Of a DNA stretch of 64,000 bases, positions 47,575 through 61,031 are shown piece by piece. The position numbers and the translations under genes are program-made. Position 1 is the stretch's first letter. Each line of letters starts with the position of its first letter. Source of the DNA: Malacoraja senta (lineage: Eukaryota). The stretch lies in the NCBI GenBank assembly GCA_038087875.1, contig JAXLNO010000556.1:1-64000 (forward strand). The letters are read 5' to 3'. The notes under the pieces were generated by a model. The model ran no database searches, was not told where the DNA came from, and worked only from the letters and a program-made list of their open reading frames with translations.

Positions 47575-47815
47575 TTTTTAGGAGATACCGCATGTAAGCG
47601 GACTCTTTGGCCCACCGAGTCCGCGCCGACCAGCGAACGCCGTACACGCACTATCCTACACTAGGCACAACATGCACGTCTTTGGAGTGTGGGGGAGAAA
47701 CCGCAGCAGCGGGAGATAACCCCAGGCGGCGCCTGGGAGCACCCATAAACAGGATCGAACCCGGGTTTCTGGCGTTGTGAGGCAACAACTCCAGCGCTGC
47801 GCCGCCGTGCCACCA
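47575..47815 (-). mobile_element. tRNA-derived V-SINE (HE1-like)
   Basis: Minus strand: GGCACGGCGGCGCAGCG...GCCTCACAACGCC...GGGTTCGATCC (A/B boxes), then V-domain-like GGTTTCTCCCCCACACTCCAAAGAC. Confidence 0.8.
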
Positions 47816-48107
47816 CGCTGATCAAACGTGATGAAGTTGCTGCCTGTCCCACCGTCTTCGACATCGAGTTCCATTCTACGTGTTGAAAATTGTCCTCATT
47901 TCAATGAATCATCTAATTATCAGCATATTTTGTCTCCCTTTCGACGAACGGTATTTACCCCACACACACTATTCAGAAGATCTGAGATATAAATACTGTA
48001 TGCTGTGTATAAAGTACTTCGAGTAGGTGGGGCAGTTACCGAATCTGATACCTTGTCCACTTAGGCACATTTTGAGTGTACTGTCGTGATACAGACACGT
48101 GGTATAC

Positions 48108-48438
48108 AAGGGCGGCACAATTAAACCGCTGATATAGCTGCTGCCTCACAACGCACGAGACCCGGCATTGATCGTGACCTCGGGTGCTGTCTGTGGGGAG
48201 TTTGGACATTAGCTCTGTGACGGCGCGGGTTTCTTCCGGGTGTTGTGGCTTCCTCCCACATCCCAAACATATGCGAGTTTGCAGATTATTTGGAATCTGT
48301 GAAATTAGTCCGACTGTGCAGTGAGTGAGTGAATGCGAACGTGATTAACATGTAACTGGCGTCACCAGGTGAACATTGATCGTCCCCATGGAATCTGTGG
48401 GCCTGTGTGCAAGCTGTACCTGTAAACTAAACTAAACC
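48108..48438 (+). mobile_element. Degraded tRNA-derived V-SINE
   Basis: GGGCGGCAC...GCTGCCTCACA...GGGTTTCTTCCGGGTG...CTCCCACATCCCAAA with (TAAAC)n tail. Confidence 0.75.
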
Positions 48439-48689
48439 AATAAAAGACAATGCAATAACACAATGCCAGCATCACAGGGTGTGCTCACGGGGACAGATTA
48501 CGGAGGATCCATCGCACAGGGAACGAACACATCCGGCACCTTACAAAGTCCGATCATTCAAATGAGACATAAATATACCGGAGAATCTTGGTCTCTCGCC
48601 GATTCCCGAATAACTGCTGACTGATTAGAGAAAACGTGAGTATTTACAATTTAATTCCAAAATCTGCTTCCACTTCCAACAATTGTTGG

Positions 48690-48981
48690 GTGTTGCCAGG
48701 GCTAGAGAGTCTCGGCTACAGGGAGAGGTTGAGTAGGCTGGGACTCTATTCCTTGGAGCGCAGGAGGATGAGGGGTGATCTTATAGAGGTGTAAATGTCA
48801 TGATGGGATTATTTCAGGTATCTATGCACATCGTCTCTTAAACGCAGAGTAGGCGAATCGAGGATCAACAAATTGGAGGAGACAATAAGCGGTAACTGTT
48901 TCACACACAGGGTGGTGGGTGCATGCAACAACCTACCAGAGGAGGTCGTTGTTGCCGGGAGTATCCCGACATTTAAGAAAT
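48690..48981 (+). mobile_element. CR1-type 3' fragment cut at the Helitron-like end
   Basis: AGGAGGATGAGGGGTGATCTTATAGAGG...CACACAGGGTGGTGGGT. Confidence 0.7.
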
Positions 48982-49257
48982 ACTAGACTAAGTGGGACCC
49001 GTTGGGTTCCATGTTCACACGGGAGGGCTGGTGCCCCAACCCAATACTCCACCCCTCCACCAATTCCAATATTGTTGACCGGCGAGGTGGGGCTCCAGTA
49101 TGGGTGTTGTGTGGCGAAGGGGCTGGTTTCCGGAGGGCTAGTATGGACATTGTGGGCCGAGTGGATTATTGTGTGGCAGCTCAGTCACTCAGGTCTGGCA
49201 GGTCAGTCACTCAGGTCAAGCGTGCAGGGCCAACAGTCCAATCCATTCCATTTCAAA

Positions 49258-49738
49258 TCAAGCATATTGCGGGCTGACAAATCGATTATTGCAAGCACAT
49301 TGCGGGCTAACAAATCATTTATTGCAAGCACATTGCGGGTTAACAAATCATTTATTGCAAGCACATTGCGGGTTAACAAATCATCGTTTATTGCAAGCAT
49401 ATTGCGAGCTTAGCAAATCATTTATTGCAAACACTGCGGGCTAACACGTCATTTATTGCAAGCACATTGAGGGCTAACAAATCCTTTATTGCAAGCACGT
49501 TGCTGGCTAACAAATCATTTATAGCAAGCACATTGCTGGCTAACAAATCATTTATTGCAAGCACATTGTGGGCTGACAAATCATTTATCGCAAGCACATT
49601 GCGGGCTAAAAAATCAGTTATTACAAGCACATTGCGGGCTAACAGATCATTTATCGCAAGCACATTGCGGGCTAACAAATAATTTATTGCAAGCACATTG
49701 CGGGCTAACATGTCCTTTATTCCATGCACATTGTAGCA
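49258..49738. repeat. 33-bp minisatellite, about 14 copies
   Basis: Contiguous unit AACAAATCATTTATTGCAAGCACATTGCGGGCT with no spacers. Confidence 0.95.
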
Positions 49739-50957
49739 ATGTTACAACATTTTGAGATTTTAAAAATCAAGTCTGCAATTTATCCCATCAGATAAAGCAT
49801 AAAAAGAAGTTTAATTTGACAACTAATTCACTTTCATATCTTCTGTATTAAAAAGGTTATGGCCATTTTCATACTCGGAAATCAGCATCTTGTTGCCCAT
49901 TGCTTTTCCATTGACTTAACACAAAAGCTGTGATCGAGGACAGTCAAAAGCCCATAAGATTCTTAAACATTTAGGGAACTGAAAGAAATTTTCAGTTAAT
50001 ATAGATTGAAGCATTCTGAAACAAATATGAAACAATCTTACTTGGATGAACTGAAATTAAAGCATATAATTAGTTAGTTACCTAATTGTAGATATTACAA
50101 AATTCAATTACTAGATCTGAACATCTATCCATTTCTTAAGAAAAGATTAACATTTTTAAATAGCCTACGTGTCCAAATAACATTCACACAAGAATTCACA
50201 ATATAACCTGATTTTTAAATCTCATTGTCATGAATTTATAGGACAAATGGAAGGAATTTAATGTTTAATTCCCGTAAATTAATGGGCATTTTAATCATCT
50301 TGCGAGTGGGTTTGTGTGGTACGCGATCGATTGGAACGTTGCGGTTGCAGTGAATTTGAACCCCATATCGGTAGGAAAAACAATGCCGGATCATAATCAC
50401 ATTATCGCCAAGGAAATGTTGATTAAAGTCATCCTAAGAAGCAAGTTTATATGTAAAATAAACGACTTACCTTATGTGTTGTCCCCTACGTGAGATCCGT
50501 CCCGTTGTCGGCGTTGACGGCGTTAGAAGTCGCTTTTTTATTTTACTCCAGGTATTAAATTGTCCCGCGTGTTTGTTTGTTTTTTACTTCCGAGAACGCA
50601 AGTCGAAACGATTTTTCAGCATCAGGTAGCAGTCCGAGAAAATATATATCGGACAGGCTGGAGAAAACGGCATTTTAATCCCCCCCCCCCCTCCCCTCAA
50701 AGGCGCCAAAGTCGCGCACACGGCCAGTGGCAGAACTGCAGCGCCGCTGAAGGCAAGCAGATCTCAGACTCACAGTTCACTTGACACAGGCGTAGATTCA
50801 CAGTCGTCGACTCTCACTCACCATCTGCCAGATTGACTGACGCACGTCCGGCTTCCGAGCCTTGATACTCCTGGCCTCCTCGGAATGGGTGTTACCTTCA
50901 TCGTGGTGAACGACAAGCGAGATAACTAATCAGCTGCTCTCACGTTTTTTTAAATAT

Positions 50958-52905
50958 TCATAAGTTTATTGTTAAGACCAAAGTTGGACCCTTGAAGACC
51001 GAAAAGGGTGAATTTATTATGGGGAACAAGGAAATGGCAGATGAGTTGAACAGGTAATTTGGATCCGTCTTCACAAAGGAGGACACAAACAATCTTCCTG
51101 ATTTAGTAGTGGCCAAAGGATCTGGGGTGACGGAAATCCACATTAGGCAGGAAATGGTGTTGGATAGACTGATGGGACTGAAGGCTGATGAATCCCCAGG
51201 GCCTCATGGTCTGCATCCCAGGGTACATAAGGAAGTGGCTCTAGAAACCGTGGATGCATTGGTGATAATTGTCCCATGTTTTATAGACTCAGGATCAGTT
51301 CCTGTGGATTGGATGGTAGCTAATGTTATCCTACTTTTTAAGAAAGGCGGGAAAGAGAAAATAGGGAATTATAGACCAGTTAGCCTGACATCGGTGGCGG
51401 GGAAGATGCTGGAGTCAATTATAAAAGACGAAATAGCCGCACATTTGGATAGCAGTAACAGGATCGGTCCGAGCCAGCATGGATTTACGAAGCGTAAATC
51501 ATGCTTGACTAATCTTCTGGAATTGTTTGAAGATGTAACTAGGAAAATGGACCAGGGAGAGCCAGTGGATGTAGTGTACCTAGACTTTCAGAAAGCATTT
51601 AATAAGGTCCCACATAGGAGATTAGTGGGCAAAATTAGGGCACAAGGTATTGGGGGTGGAGTGCTGACATGGATAGAAGATTGGTTGGCAGACAAGAAAC
51701 AGAGAGTGGGGATTAACGGGTCCGTTTCAGAATGGCAGGCAGGGACGTGGTGGAAGATTGCATCCTTCACGTGGTCCGCTCTGTTTCGACTAATGCAATC
51801 AACTCGACGTGCACACACGGAAGATCACATAGAACACGTTGTCCAACAACTTTAGGCTGTGCACGACACACGAAAGAACAAGAAGAAGAAGTAGGCAGTG
51901 ACTAGTGGGATACCGCGAGGCTCGGTGCTGGGACCGCAGCTATTTACAATATACATCAATGATTTGGATGAAGGGATTCAAAGTAACATTAGCAACTTTG
52001 CAGATGATACAAAGCTGGGTGGCAGTGAGGAGGATGCTATCAGAATGCGGGGTGACTTGGACAGGTTGGGGGAGTGGGCGGATTCATGTCAGATGACGTT
52101 TAATGTGGAGAAACGTGAGGTTATCCACTTTGGTAGCAAAAATAGGAAGGCAGATTACTATCTAAATGGCGTCCAGTTGGGAAAAGGGGAAGTACAGCGG
52201 GATCTGGGAGTCCGTGTTCATCAGTCTATGAAAGTAAGCATGCAGGTACAGCAGGCAGTGAAGAAAGCGTATGGCATTTTGGCCTTTATCACAACAGGAG
52301 TCGAGTATAAGAGCAAAGAGGTCCTTCTGTAGTTGTACAGAGCCGTAGTGAGACAACACCTGGAGTACTTTGTGCAGTTTTGGTCCCCTAATTTGAGGAA
52401 GGACATTCTTGCTAGGTTTACAATGTTAATTCCCGGGATGACGGGACTGTCATATGCTGAGAGAATGAAGCATCTGGGCTTGTACACTCTGGAGTTTAGA
52501 AGGATGAGAGGGTATGTTATTGAAACATATAAGATTGTTAAGGGTTTGGACACGCTGGACGCTGGAAACATGTTCCCGATGTTGGGGAGTCCAGTATTAG
52601 GGGCCACAGTTTAAGAATAAGGGGTAAGCCATATAGAAATGAGACGATGAAACACATTTTATCACAGAGAGTTGTGAGTCTGTGGAATTCTCTGCCACAG
52701 AGGGCGATGGAGGCAGGTTCTCTGGCTGCTTTCAAGAGAGAGCTAGATAGGGCTCTTAAAGTTAGCGGAATCAGGGGATATGGGGAGAAGGCAGGAACGG
52801 GGTACTGATTGGGGATGATCAGCCATGTTCACATTCAATGGCGGTGCAGGCTCGAAGGGCCGAATGGCCTACTCCTGCACCTATTGTCTATTGTCTATTG
52901 TCTAT
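50958..52905 (+). mobile_element. 5'-truncated CR1 LINE
   Basis: ESPGPHG, YRPVSLTS, QHGF, DFQKAF, NFADD and (TATTGTC)n tail. Confidence 0.93.
51743..51892 (+). mobile_element. 150-bp retro-insertion with (AAG)n tail
   Basis: AGGCAG duplicated at 51737-51742 and 51893-51898; interrupts the CR1 RT. Confidence 0.8.
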
Positions 52906-53269
52906 TATTATGTCACCGATCGGAAAAAAACTTGGGGTGGCTGGAGCTGGAACGGTGAGTAAGATGACGAAAAATCATGGCGATATAGGGTCGCGTTTTT
53001 AGATTTAAATCTTTTTATATGAATTTCATAGCAAATTGCGTACATACAATAATAACAGACAGTAACAGTCAAGACATAATTGTACAACAGTATGTAAGCG
53101 ATACTCAAAACCCTTACCCTTACCCACCTTCAACCCACCCAAGTCAGGTCGGAGCCAAACGGGGACAAACAACACTCACATACGTACACATCCACACACA
53201 AATGGTAGAATAAACGAAACAAAATGTGCTATATAAAAATAAGGGGGGGGGAGTAAGAAAGAAAAATAA

Positions 53270-53300
<31 letters not shown>

Positions 53301-53379
53301 TATCTAAATAAATAATTGTGGGGAGGGGGGAATTAAGGGGAAAGCAGCTGCTGTAGAACAGAACGATGATGGAGAACAC

Positions 53380-56300
53380 TCAGTCCTCTTCCGAGTCCGG
53401 GGACAAGTTAAGAGAGTTAACCAGTTCAAAGAAAGGGTTCCACGTATCTAGGAATGTCTTGGTAGAGCCTTTGAGAGAGAACCTATGTTTTTCAAGTTTC
53501 AGATTGTAAAGCACCTCCTTAATCCAACGGGCGTGTGTCGGGGGACAGGTAAGCCTCCAACTAAGCAAGATCAGTCTCCGGGCTAACAAGGTTGTAAATG
53601 CTCGGACACGTTTCACCGCAACAGAGAGGTTGGTATTGGGAGGGGTACCGAAAATGGCTGACATTGGATTTGGAAGAATAGTCTGGTCGTAAGCTCTGCT
53701 TATCAATTCGAAAACACTCCTCCAAAAGGCTGTTAGCTTAGGGCAAGACCAAAACATATGGCTATGGTTTGCGGGAGATTTATTACATCTGTTGCAGGTG
53801 TCATTAACAGTTGGGTACATTCTAGCTAATCTTGCATTTGTGTAGTGGACTTTGTATAGGACTTTGCATTGGATTAGGCCATGACGAGCACATATGGAAG
53901 AAGAATGGATCAAATCCAAGGCAGTTTCCCATTGCTGGTCTGTTAATTTCGTATTCAGCTCTCCCTCCCACGCAGCTTTTAATGAGGAATGGGGTTTCAA
54001 TAAAACCGACCCTAGCAAATTATACAAAATAGAGATGCATTTCTTCCGGTTGGGGTCTGAAGCTAAGATGATATCGGTCAGGGTTTCAGGAGGGCGATTT
54101 GGGAAGTAGGGAAATGTCTTCTTCACAAATCCCTAATCTGGAAAAACCGAAAAAGGTGGGAGTTTGGGAGGTTGTAGTTAGACGAGAGCTCCGCGAAAGA
54201 TGAGAAGATGCCATCCTTGTATAGGTTTTTGATACTACTGATGTCATTGCTATGCCAGGTTTTCAAAGCGTGGTCTATACTTGAAGGTTTAAAAATGTGA
54301 TTTTTAAGCAGTGGGGTCAAGATGGAAGGACCCTGTAAACCGAGGTTTTTCCTAAATTGACTCCATATCATGAGCGAAAGGGACACAATTGGACCTGCAC
54401 CCACAGATGTTATATAAAGGGGGAGTTGGGAGCATAGGACAGACCGCAACGGGAGACGTGAACTCGCCTTTTCCATATATACCCAGATCGGTGGGTGGTC
54501 GCAATCATCATTCATCCAATACAGGAGTTTTTGCAAGTTAGCTGCCCGACAGTATCGCCTAAAATCAGGGAGGGCCAGACCGCCATCGCTCTTAGGCGAC
54601 TGCAGTATCGCCTTTCTGATTCTGACCGGTTTGCTACCCCATAAAAATGTAGATAATGTCCTTTCTAATTTCTCAAAAAAAGATTTAGTGATAAGTATGG
54701 AGACATGCTGGAAAAGATACAGGAAGTCGGCTTTCTCAACCAAAGGGAAAAATTTGTGCGGAACATATCAGATAAGGGTATTGTGATAAAAACGCCGAGA
54801 TAGCGGAACCCATCCTCTGCCCATTTGAATGAGGTTAAAGAGCGAGGGAGCTGCTTAGCCGGTAAGTTAATCGGTAATAGCTCACTCTTTTGGTAGTTGA
54901 GTTTATAACCAGAATATGCACCAAACCGTTCTAAAATATTCATAATCACAGGGAGAGAACTGACTGGGTTCTAGATGTACAGGAGCAGGTCATCCGCATA
55001 CAATGAGACTTTATGAGTTGTGTCAAACCGTGTAATACCTTTAAAGCTCTTCTCTGCGCGTGACCAGACAGCCAGGGGTTCAATCGCGATATCAAACAAG
55101 AGTGGAGATAACGGGCAACCCTGTCTGGTACCTCTCTGAAGTGTGGAGTGGGGCGACAGTATGTCGTTTGTTTGTATTGAGGCCACCGGGGACGAATATA
55201 ATAGGCTCACCCAGAGAATAAAACTGTTACCGAGGCCAAACCTATCCATCGCCTCATATAGGTACCTCCACTCGACCCTGTCGAAGGCCTTTTCGGCATC
55301 GAGGGAGACCACCATCTCCGGGGTCTCATTACTCGAAGAGTGAATGATGTTAAGGAGACGCCTAGTATTATGGGAAGACTGTCGGCCAGGTATAAACCCT
55401 GTTTGATCTAACGAGATAATAGAGGGCATCACTCGTTGAAGACGAAGCGCAAGGGTTTTAGAAAGGATTTTGAGGTCCACATTCAGGAGTGAGATTGGTC
55501 TATAGCTACTACAAAGCGGGGGATCTTTCTCCTTTTTAAGAATTAGGGAGATGGTAGCCCACGACAAGGTGGGCGGTAGGCGACGATGTAAAAACGCCTC
55601 ATTGTACATATCTCTCTGGACTGGTGCGAGGAGATCAGAGAAAGCTTTGTAATATTCTACAGAGAAGCCGTAAGGGCCGGGTGACTTTCCGCTTTGCAGC
55701 GATGTGATGGCTGCTTGGACCTCAGCTACAGTTATGGGACCACCCAAGTCTCTCATTGCTTCTTCGTCAATTATGGGGAAACGTCATACTACTGAACATG
55801 TCACCTGCAGTGGGGGGACAGTCGGAAGCGTATAGTTCAGTGTAGAATTTAGCAAATGCTTCATTAATTCTGAGAGGATCAGTATGAATCTCCCCTGAGC
55901 TGGATCTAATGGCTGGAATTAGCCGTGAAGGCGCCTCTGTTCTGGCCTGATGGGCCAAAAGCTGTCCAGCTTTATCCCCAGATTCAAAAAAGTGTTGCCT
56001 AGATTTAAGCAGTCGTAGTTTGGCTTTATTAATGGATATGAGGTCAAAGTCTGTTTGTAGCCTAAGGCGTTCTCTATAGAGATTAGGGTTTGGGTCAGAT
56101 GCATATTTGTCATCCATGTCCTTTATTTTTTGTAACAGATCTGCCGTTTGGAACGTCTCGGTTCTTTTCAGGTTGGAGACAAAGGAAACGAGTTGGCCCC
56201 TAATATAGGCTTTTGAAGCTTCCCAGAGTATACCTCTTTCTATGTCCGACGAGTCATTCAGCTGAAAATAGAGGGTGATTTGGGAGTGCAAGAATTGCAT

Positions 56301-57091
56301 GTAGTGAGCCTCTGCTAATAATGAGGAGTTGAACCTCCACTGTTTAAAGGGGTTAGTTCGTTTACGAAAATGAAGATCGAGGGAGGCCGCAGCATGATCT
56401 GATATTACGATGCTATGGTACTCACTGGATTCGATTTTGGAAAGCAATCTATTATCTAAAAGAAATAAGTCTATACGGGTAAACGTACGATGTACGTGGG
56501 AGAAAAATGAAAATAATTTAGTCGTGGGGAATGTAAATCTCCATGGGTCTGTGAGCCCCAGTTGTTTGGCAAGAACATGCAGAGTCTTACCGGATTTAGT
56601 TAAAGTAGAGGCTTTATTCGAAGATCTATCCAGTGTAGGATCTTGGACCAGATTAAAATCTCCACCCACAATGACATGGTGATTTTCAATATTTGGGAGA
56701 GATGTAAAAAATTTAGTTATAAATGAGCTGTCATCCCAGTTGGGTCCATAATGCTGGCCAATATGACAGGTGTGTCTTGCAGTTTGCCCGACACCATGAC
56801 AAAGCGACCAGCAGGGTCTTCCACAGTTTTCTGTGGTTCGAATTTAATGTTCTTAGGAATCAGGATAGCAGTGCCCCTAGCCCTATTACTAAATTTCGAG
56901 TGCAATAGTTGACTAATCCAGCCTCTCTTAAGCCGTGTTACCTCTCTGTTGCGAAGGTGGGTCTCTTGGATGAAGAATATATCGCCTTTGAGCTGTTGCA
57001 AATGGGCCAAGATCCTATCAGTTTTGGTAGGACTTCCCATCCCTCTCACGTTCCACGAGACAAATCTAAGAATATCGTTTGTGTTGGCCAT
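53380..57091 (-). pseudogene. L1 ORF2 (APE endonuclease, RT, CCHC)
   Basis: SWNVRG, IQETHL, GGDFN, SDH; DAEKAFD, GTRQGCPLSP, YADD; CNRC...HMFWSC; split over six ORF pieces. Confidence 0.93.
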
Positions 57092-57182
57092 ACTTAGCTA
57101 TATGCGTAATGCGCTGTAGTTCTGTAAAACGAGACGGAAGGGCGCATCGAAGCCAGCTGCCGAGAGTGGGGATGTGGGTGGG

Positions 57183-57185
<3 letters not shown>

Positions 57186-57232
<47 letters not shown>
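57186..57232. repeat. (AT)n microsatellite
   Basis: Perfect dinucleotide run in the L1 inter-ORF spacer. Confidence 0.95.
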
Positions 57233-57235
<3 letters not shown>

Positions 57236-58342
57236 AAACAAAATAAAATTTAAAAACAAAACAAAAAAAACCAAAAACAAAAACATACACACACAGCAAA
57301 CAAGTGGAACACATATCATTTAACCATCTTTGAAACCTGAGTCTCCAGACCTGAGATCCCACATGTTTCAACTGAACCTTGTGTGCCCATTGCACCAAGG
57401 TGCGTTGTCCTCGCTTCCGCATGGAGATATCCGATCTAAACTCCCAATATCTCAGCCTCCCAAAGCGACGAAGTCACTCAGTGTCAAAAGGTAACATAAA
57501 GTAAAATAAGTATAGTAATAGTAATAATGACGATGGTAATAATAATTTGAAAAATAGAGAGTAGGAATAAAGTAAGATAAACATACATTGATAAATACAA
57601 AGTTAAAATAATAACCATAGTGGTTGCACTGCCAGTACCATTGCTAACACTAATAGTAATAATAGTAATGATAATAGTCACAATAAGACAAAGCATATTA
57701 ACAAAGTGGTGATACTAAATAAGCCGGCTAACGTATAAGTGGACCCAGAATAACTTCCTTTGGTGTTACATAGTATGTCTTAAAATCGACAAAGTATAAA
57801 GAGAGAGTTGGCGTTGGAAAAGTTACCGAATTACAAACTGGGCTGTTGGGTTAAAGCGCAGTGCTCAAGAGCATCAATTAAGTTTTGTTAAACAAAAAAG
57901 GTATAAGCTGAAATTTGTATAACACAGCCCTGGCTGTAATGAGCTCTTATCAGCCCCAGACAGTCCGTTACGAAGATTAGTATAAGCAAACTAGCCAAGT
58001 GCTGACAGCGCTAGCGGCCAGCTGCTAAGAACAGGTAGGCAGCGAACAAATCACAAACCACAAAGTGGGTCCCTTAAGCCCAGTTTTATAGCATATGCTG
58101 GTGAAGGACCCTTCAAGTATGACTACACATAGACAATATAAGAAAAAGTTGGTATAAAATATTCAAGAATCCTGGTGATTTCTTACCAGCCTCATACATT
58201 TCGAAACAGGGGTCTAGTATAATCAGCAATGCCGAACGCTAGCCATAGCTAGTTATTAGGAATAGTCAAGCTAAAGTTAGACCATATAACCATAGATTAA
58301 CCGGGCCCCTGTGCCACTCGAATATAGACGTACTAAACGACG

Positions 58343-59163
58343 TCAGTCGTCTGTGGGTTCCGGTCTGCGTCGACGGTAAGATGAGATGAAATCCTGAGCG
58401 TCCTCGGGAGATGTTAGTCGTCGCCTCTTTCCCTCCCCGGACATTACGAACAGCTTGGCTGGATAATGAAGGGAGGGTTTGAGACCCAGGTTATACAGCT
58501 CCTTTATAACGTCTCGGTACGCGAAGCATTGTTCAACTATCTCGGGACAGTAGTCTTCGAAAATGTGCATCGGGGCATCTTTGTATTTCAGCTTACCCCT
58601 CTGCCTCCGAGCCTCACGCACCACCAACTCACGGGTCTGGTATCTATGGAAGCAGATCACAACTGCTCTGGGTTTCTCACCAGGGCTTGGCTCGGCTGTT
58701 AGCGTACGGTGGGCTCGGTCTAGCTCCGGGGCTGATTCCAGTGTGTGGTCGCCAAGAGTCTCGAGCAGAAGTTGAGAGAAAAACGCTGTTGTTTGGGAGC
58801 CCTCGATATTCTCGGGAAGACCCACTATCTTATGTTATTTCGGCGACTCCTACCTTCCAGGCCGATAAGCTTAGCCTTTAGCTTGGCGTTTTCTTCGGTC
58901 ACCGTAGTTAACATTAACGTTATAGCTCGTATGTCTTGGCTGGTGGTAGCGGCAAAAGACTATAATGCCGAAAGACGGTGCTGGTGGTCTAACATAGTGG
59001 TCTGGATATTGTCCAGCTTCGTTTCCAATTTGGTGAACGCTGTGTTGAATTCTGCCAGTAACGATACCTTATGGTCTGTTAACATGGCTGCTAGCGTGGC
59101 CATGCCGGTGCTGGTCGTCGGGTCTTCTGTCTTTTGCTCCGCTTTCTTTCCTTTGTTTGGCAT
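58343..59163 (-). pseudogene. L1 ORF1 (coiled coil, RRM, CTD)
   Basis: GLPENIEG, LDRAHR, PRAVVICF, IFEDY, LHYPAKL. Confidence 0.9.
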
Positions 59164-59567
59164 CTTTACAGCGTAGAGAGGTACTTACAATGATGTTTAA
59201 ATGTTTGTGGGTGGATAAAAAACTTAGACTGAGCTGTAATAAAAGTTGGAGATGAAAAGGTCGGGAGCGTGGAAAAGTGCGACTACTCCAACATTGTAAA
59301 GGATTGATAACGAGGCATCGTTACTTTACTATCTTTATTCATACTGGATCATTATACATTGCACTAGCTGTACGTGGTCTGTCACAGGAACTAGAGAGCG
59401 ATCTGTGGGTGTGGAGGTTGTAGTTATACTTGTGATATGGGGAGTGGTTAGTGGGTGTGAGGTCACTATGTTAAAGGCACATGCATATCTCATCTACATC
59501 CTTCCTCTCCGAAACGACAGGCAAATACAAAGGTGACATGGCGACCACGGCTCATGCGCTAGGATAG

Positions 59568-61031
59568 CTAGGCAACATCGCCATAGCGGTCAGGCGGTTT
59601 GACCAGACGTCCCGCCCGGGTTCGCATCTCGCCATCCACCCTTCCTGCAGGAGGAAGAGGCACCAGCGGGGACAGACGAACCTGAAAGGGAGAAACGGGA
59701 GGAAACGGAAGAGATCGCGGCACCGAAACCGGAGGGGATGCGGGGCCGGGAGAGGGAAGAGCGCGGGGGGGCGAGCGAGGACTAGTCGGAGTGTGTTGGA
59801 GCGGAGGGGGAGAAGGAGGAGCAGAGCGAGGCATGTAAGGAATCACGGGCAGGGCAACGGCCGGACGCGAAACAGGCAGCGGGGGAGCAAAGGGATCGGC
59901 GGCAGGAGGACGCGGCTCGTGGACGAGCCGAAGGTGCTGGCGGGACCGTCGGTAAATGGTCCCAGCGTAGTCGACGAAATAGGACCTGGGCGACCCCGCA
60001 GAGCCGACGACAGTAGCGAGCTTGGAGTGACCGGGAGTGGTCTGCATACGGACTACTTAACCGGGGAAGAGGGGCGGCAGCGGGTGGCAGGACCTGTCAT
60101 GGGACCGCTTTTGGACGTCTTGCCTGAAGGCAATTCGTTTCTGAACCGCCGCAGGTGGAAGGACCGAGGGTATGAGGGATCGCTGGGCCACCGGGAGTGA
60201 GAGCCTGGTAGCGCGAGACAGGAGCCGCTGAGCAGGGGAACCCATGGCAGGGTCGCGAGAAATGTTCCGAAGGCTGAGGAGGGCCAGGTGGAAGTCGGAG
60301 TTAATGCCACCACACTGTTCCAACAGGTGCTTAGCACTGCGGACCGCGCGCTCGGCCAAACCGTTGCTTTGCGGGTACTCCGGGCTGCTGGTGAAATGGC
60401 GGAAGTTCCATCTGGAAGCGAACGCTTTAAACTCGGAGCTCGTGAACTGGCTGCCATCGTCCGACTGCAAGCTTGCCGGGGGGCCAAAAGTGCTAAAGTG
60501 AGGGTACAACCTGTCGATGACGGCCGAAGAGGTCACGGAAGGCAGCCGGTCAACCGCAAACCAGCTGGAGTAGAAGTCAACGAGCACCAGGAAATGTTTG
60601 CCCCGCCACTCGAAAATGTCTGTGGCGAGCGCCATCCAGGGCAGTCCGGGCGCGGGCTGCTGTAGAAGCGGCTGACGCTGCTGATGGGGGGCGCGGCTGT
60701 TGCAGGTGGAACACGATGAGACCCTCTCCCGGATGTACTTTGCCATATCCGGCCAATAGAACTGGGCCTTGGCGAGAGACAAAGTGGCTTCGGCCCCAGT
60801 GTGACCGCGGTGTGCGACTTGAAAATAGTGGTCGTGCAGCGCCGCGGGCACGACCACTTTGTGACCCTTCACCACCACGCCGTCGTGCAATACGAGCTCG
60901 TCCCGAATCAGGAAGTAGGGCACGGCTCCAGCCGGCAGTGCCGAGCGACGGTCAGGCCAGCCCTGCCGGATGACGGCAGACAGCTGTTGCAGGGCAGGGT
61001 CGTTGGTAGTGTGTTCAACCAGGGACTTCAT
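59568..61031 (-). pseudogene. Gypsy-3 integrase and Pro-rich C-terminus, in-frame stop at 60057-60059
   Basis: HHCC (AHRGH...CSTC), TDIF...SDDGSQF...NGLAERAV; PG*VVRMQ continues in frame into the 59568-60047 ORF. Confidence 0.9.

Larger units (their letters stand above)
48983..52995 (-). mobile_element. Probable non-autonomous Helitron (3' end at 48983; 5' end not found in window) with nested CR1
   Basis: Minus strand: GGAACCC-AAC-GGGTCCC hairpin, 7 nt, CTAG, then T; internal minisatellite; non-coding body. The right boundary is uncertain. Confidence 0.55.
52996..59294 (-). mobile_element. Near full-length L1-clade LINE, frameshifted
   Basis: ORF1 58343-59163, ~1.25-kb spacer, ORF2 53380-57091, 3'UTR; 5'UTR abuts the Gypsy-3 LTR. 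Confidence 0.93.

Noticed and set aside
47575..48438. tRNA genes
   Set aside because: The A/B-box heads continue into SINE bodies and tails, and I see no intact cloverleaf.
49258..49738. CRISPR-like array or 11-aa repeat protein
   Set aside because: Units are contiguous with no unique spacers, there are no cas genes, and the context is vertebrate; the ORFs arise from the 33-bp period.
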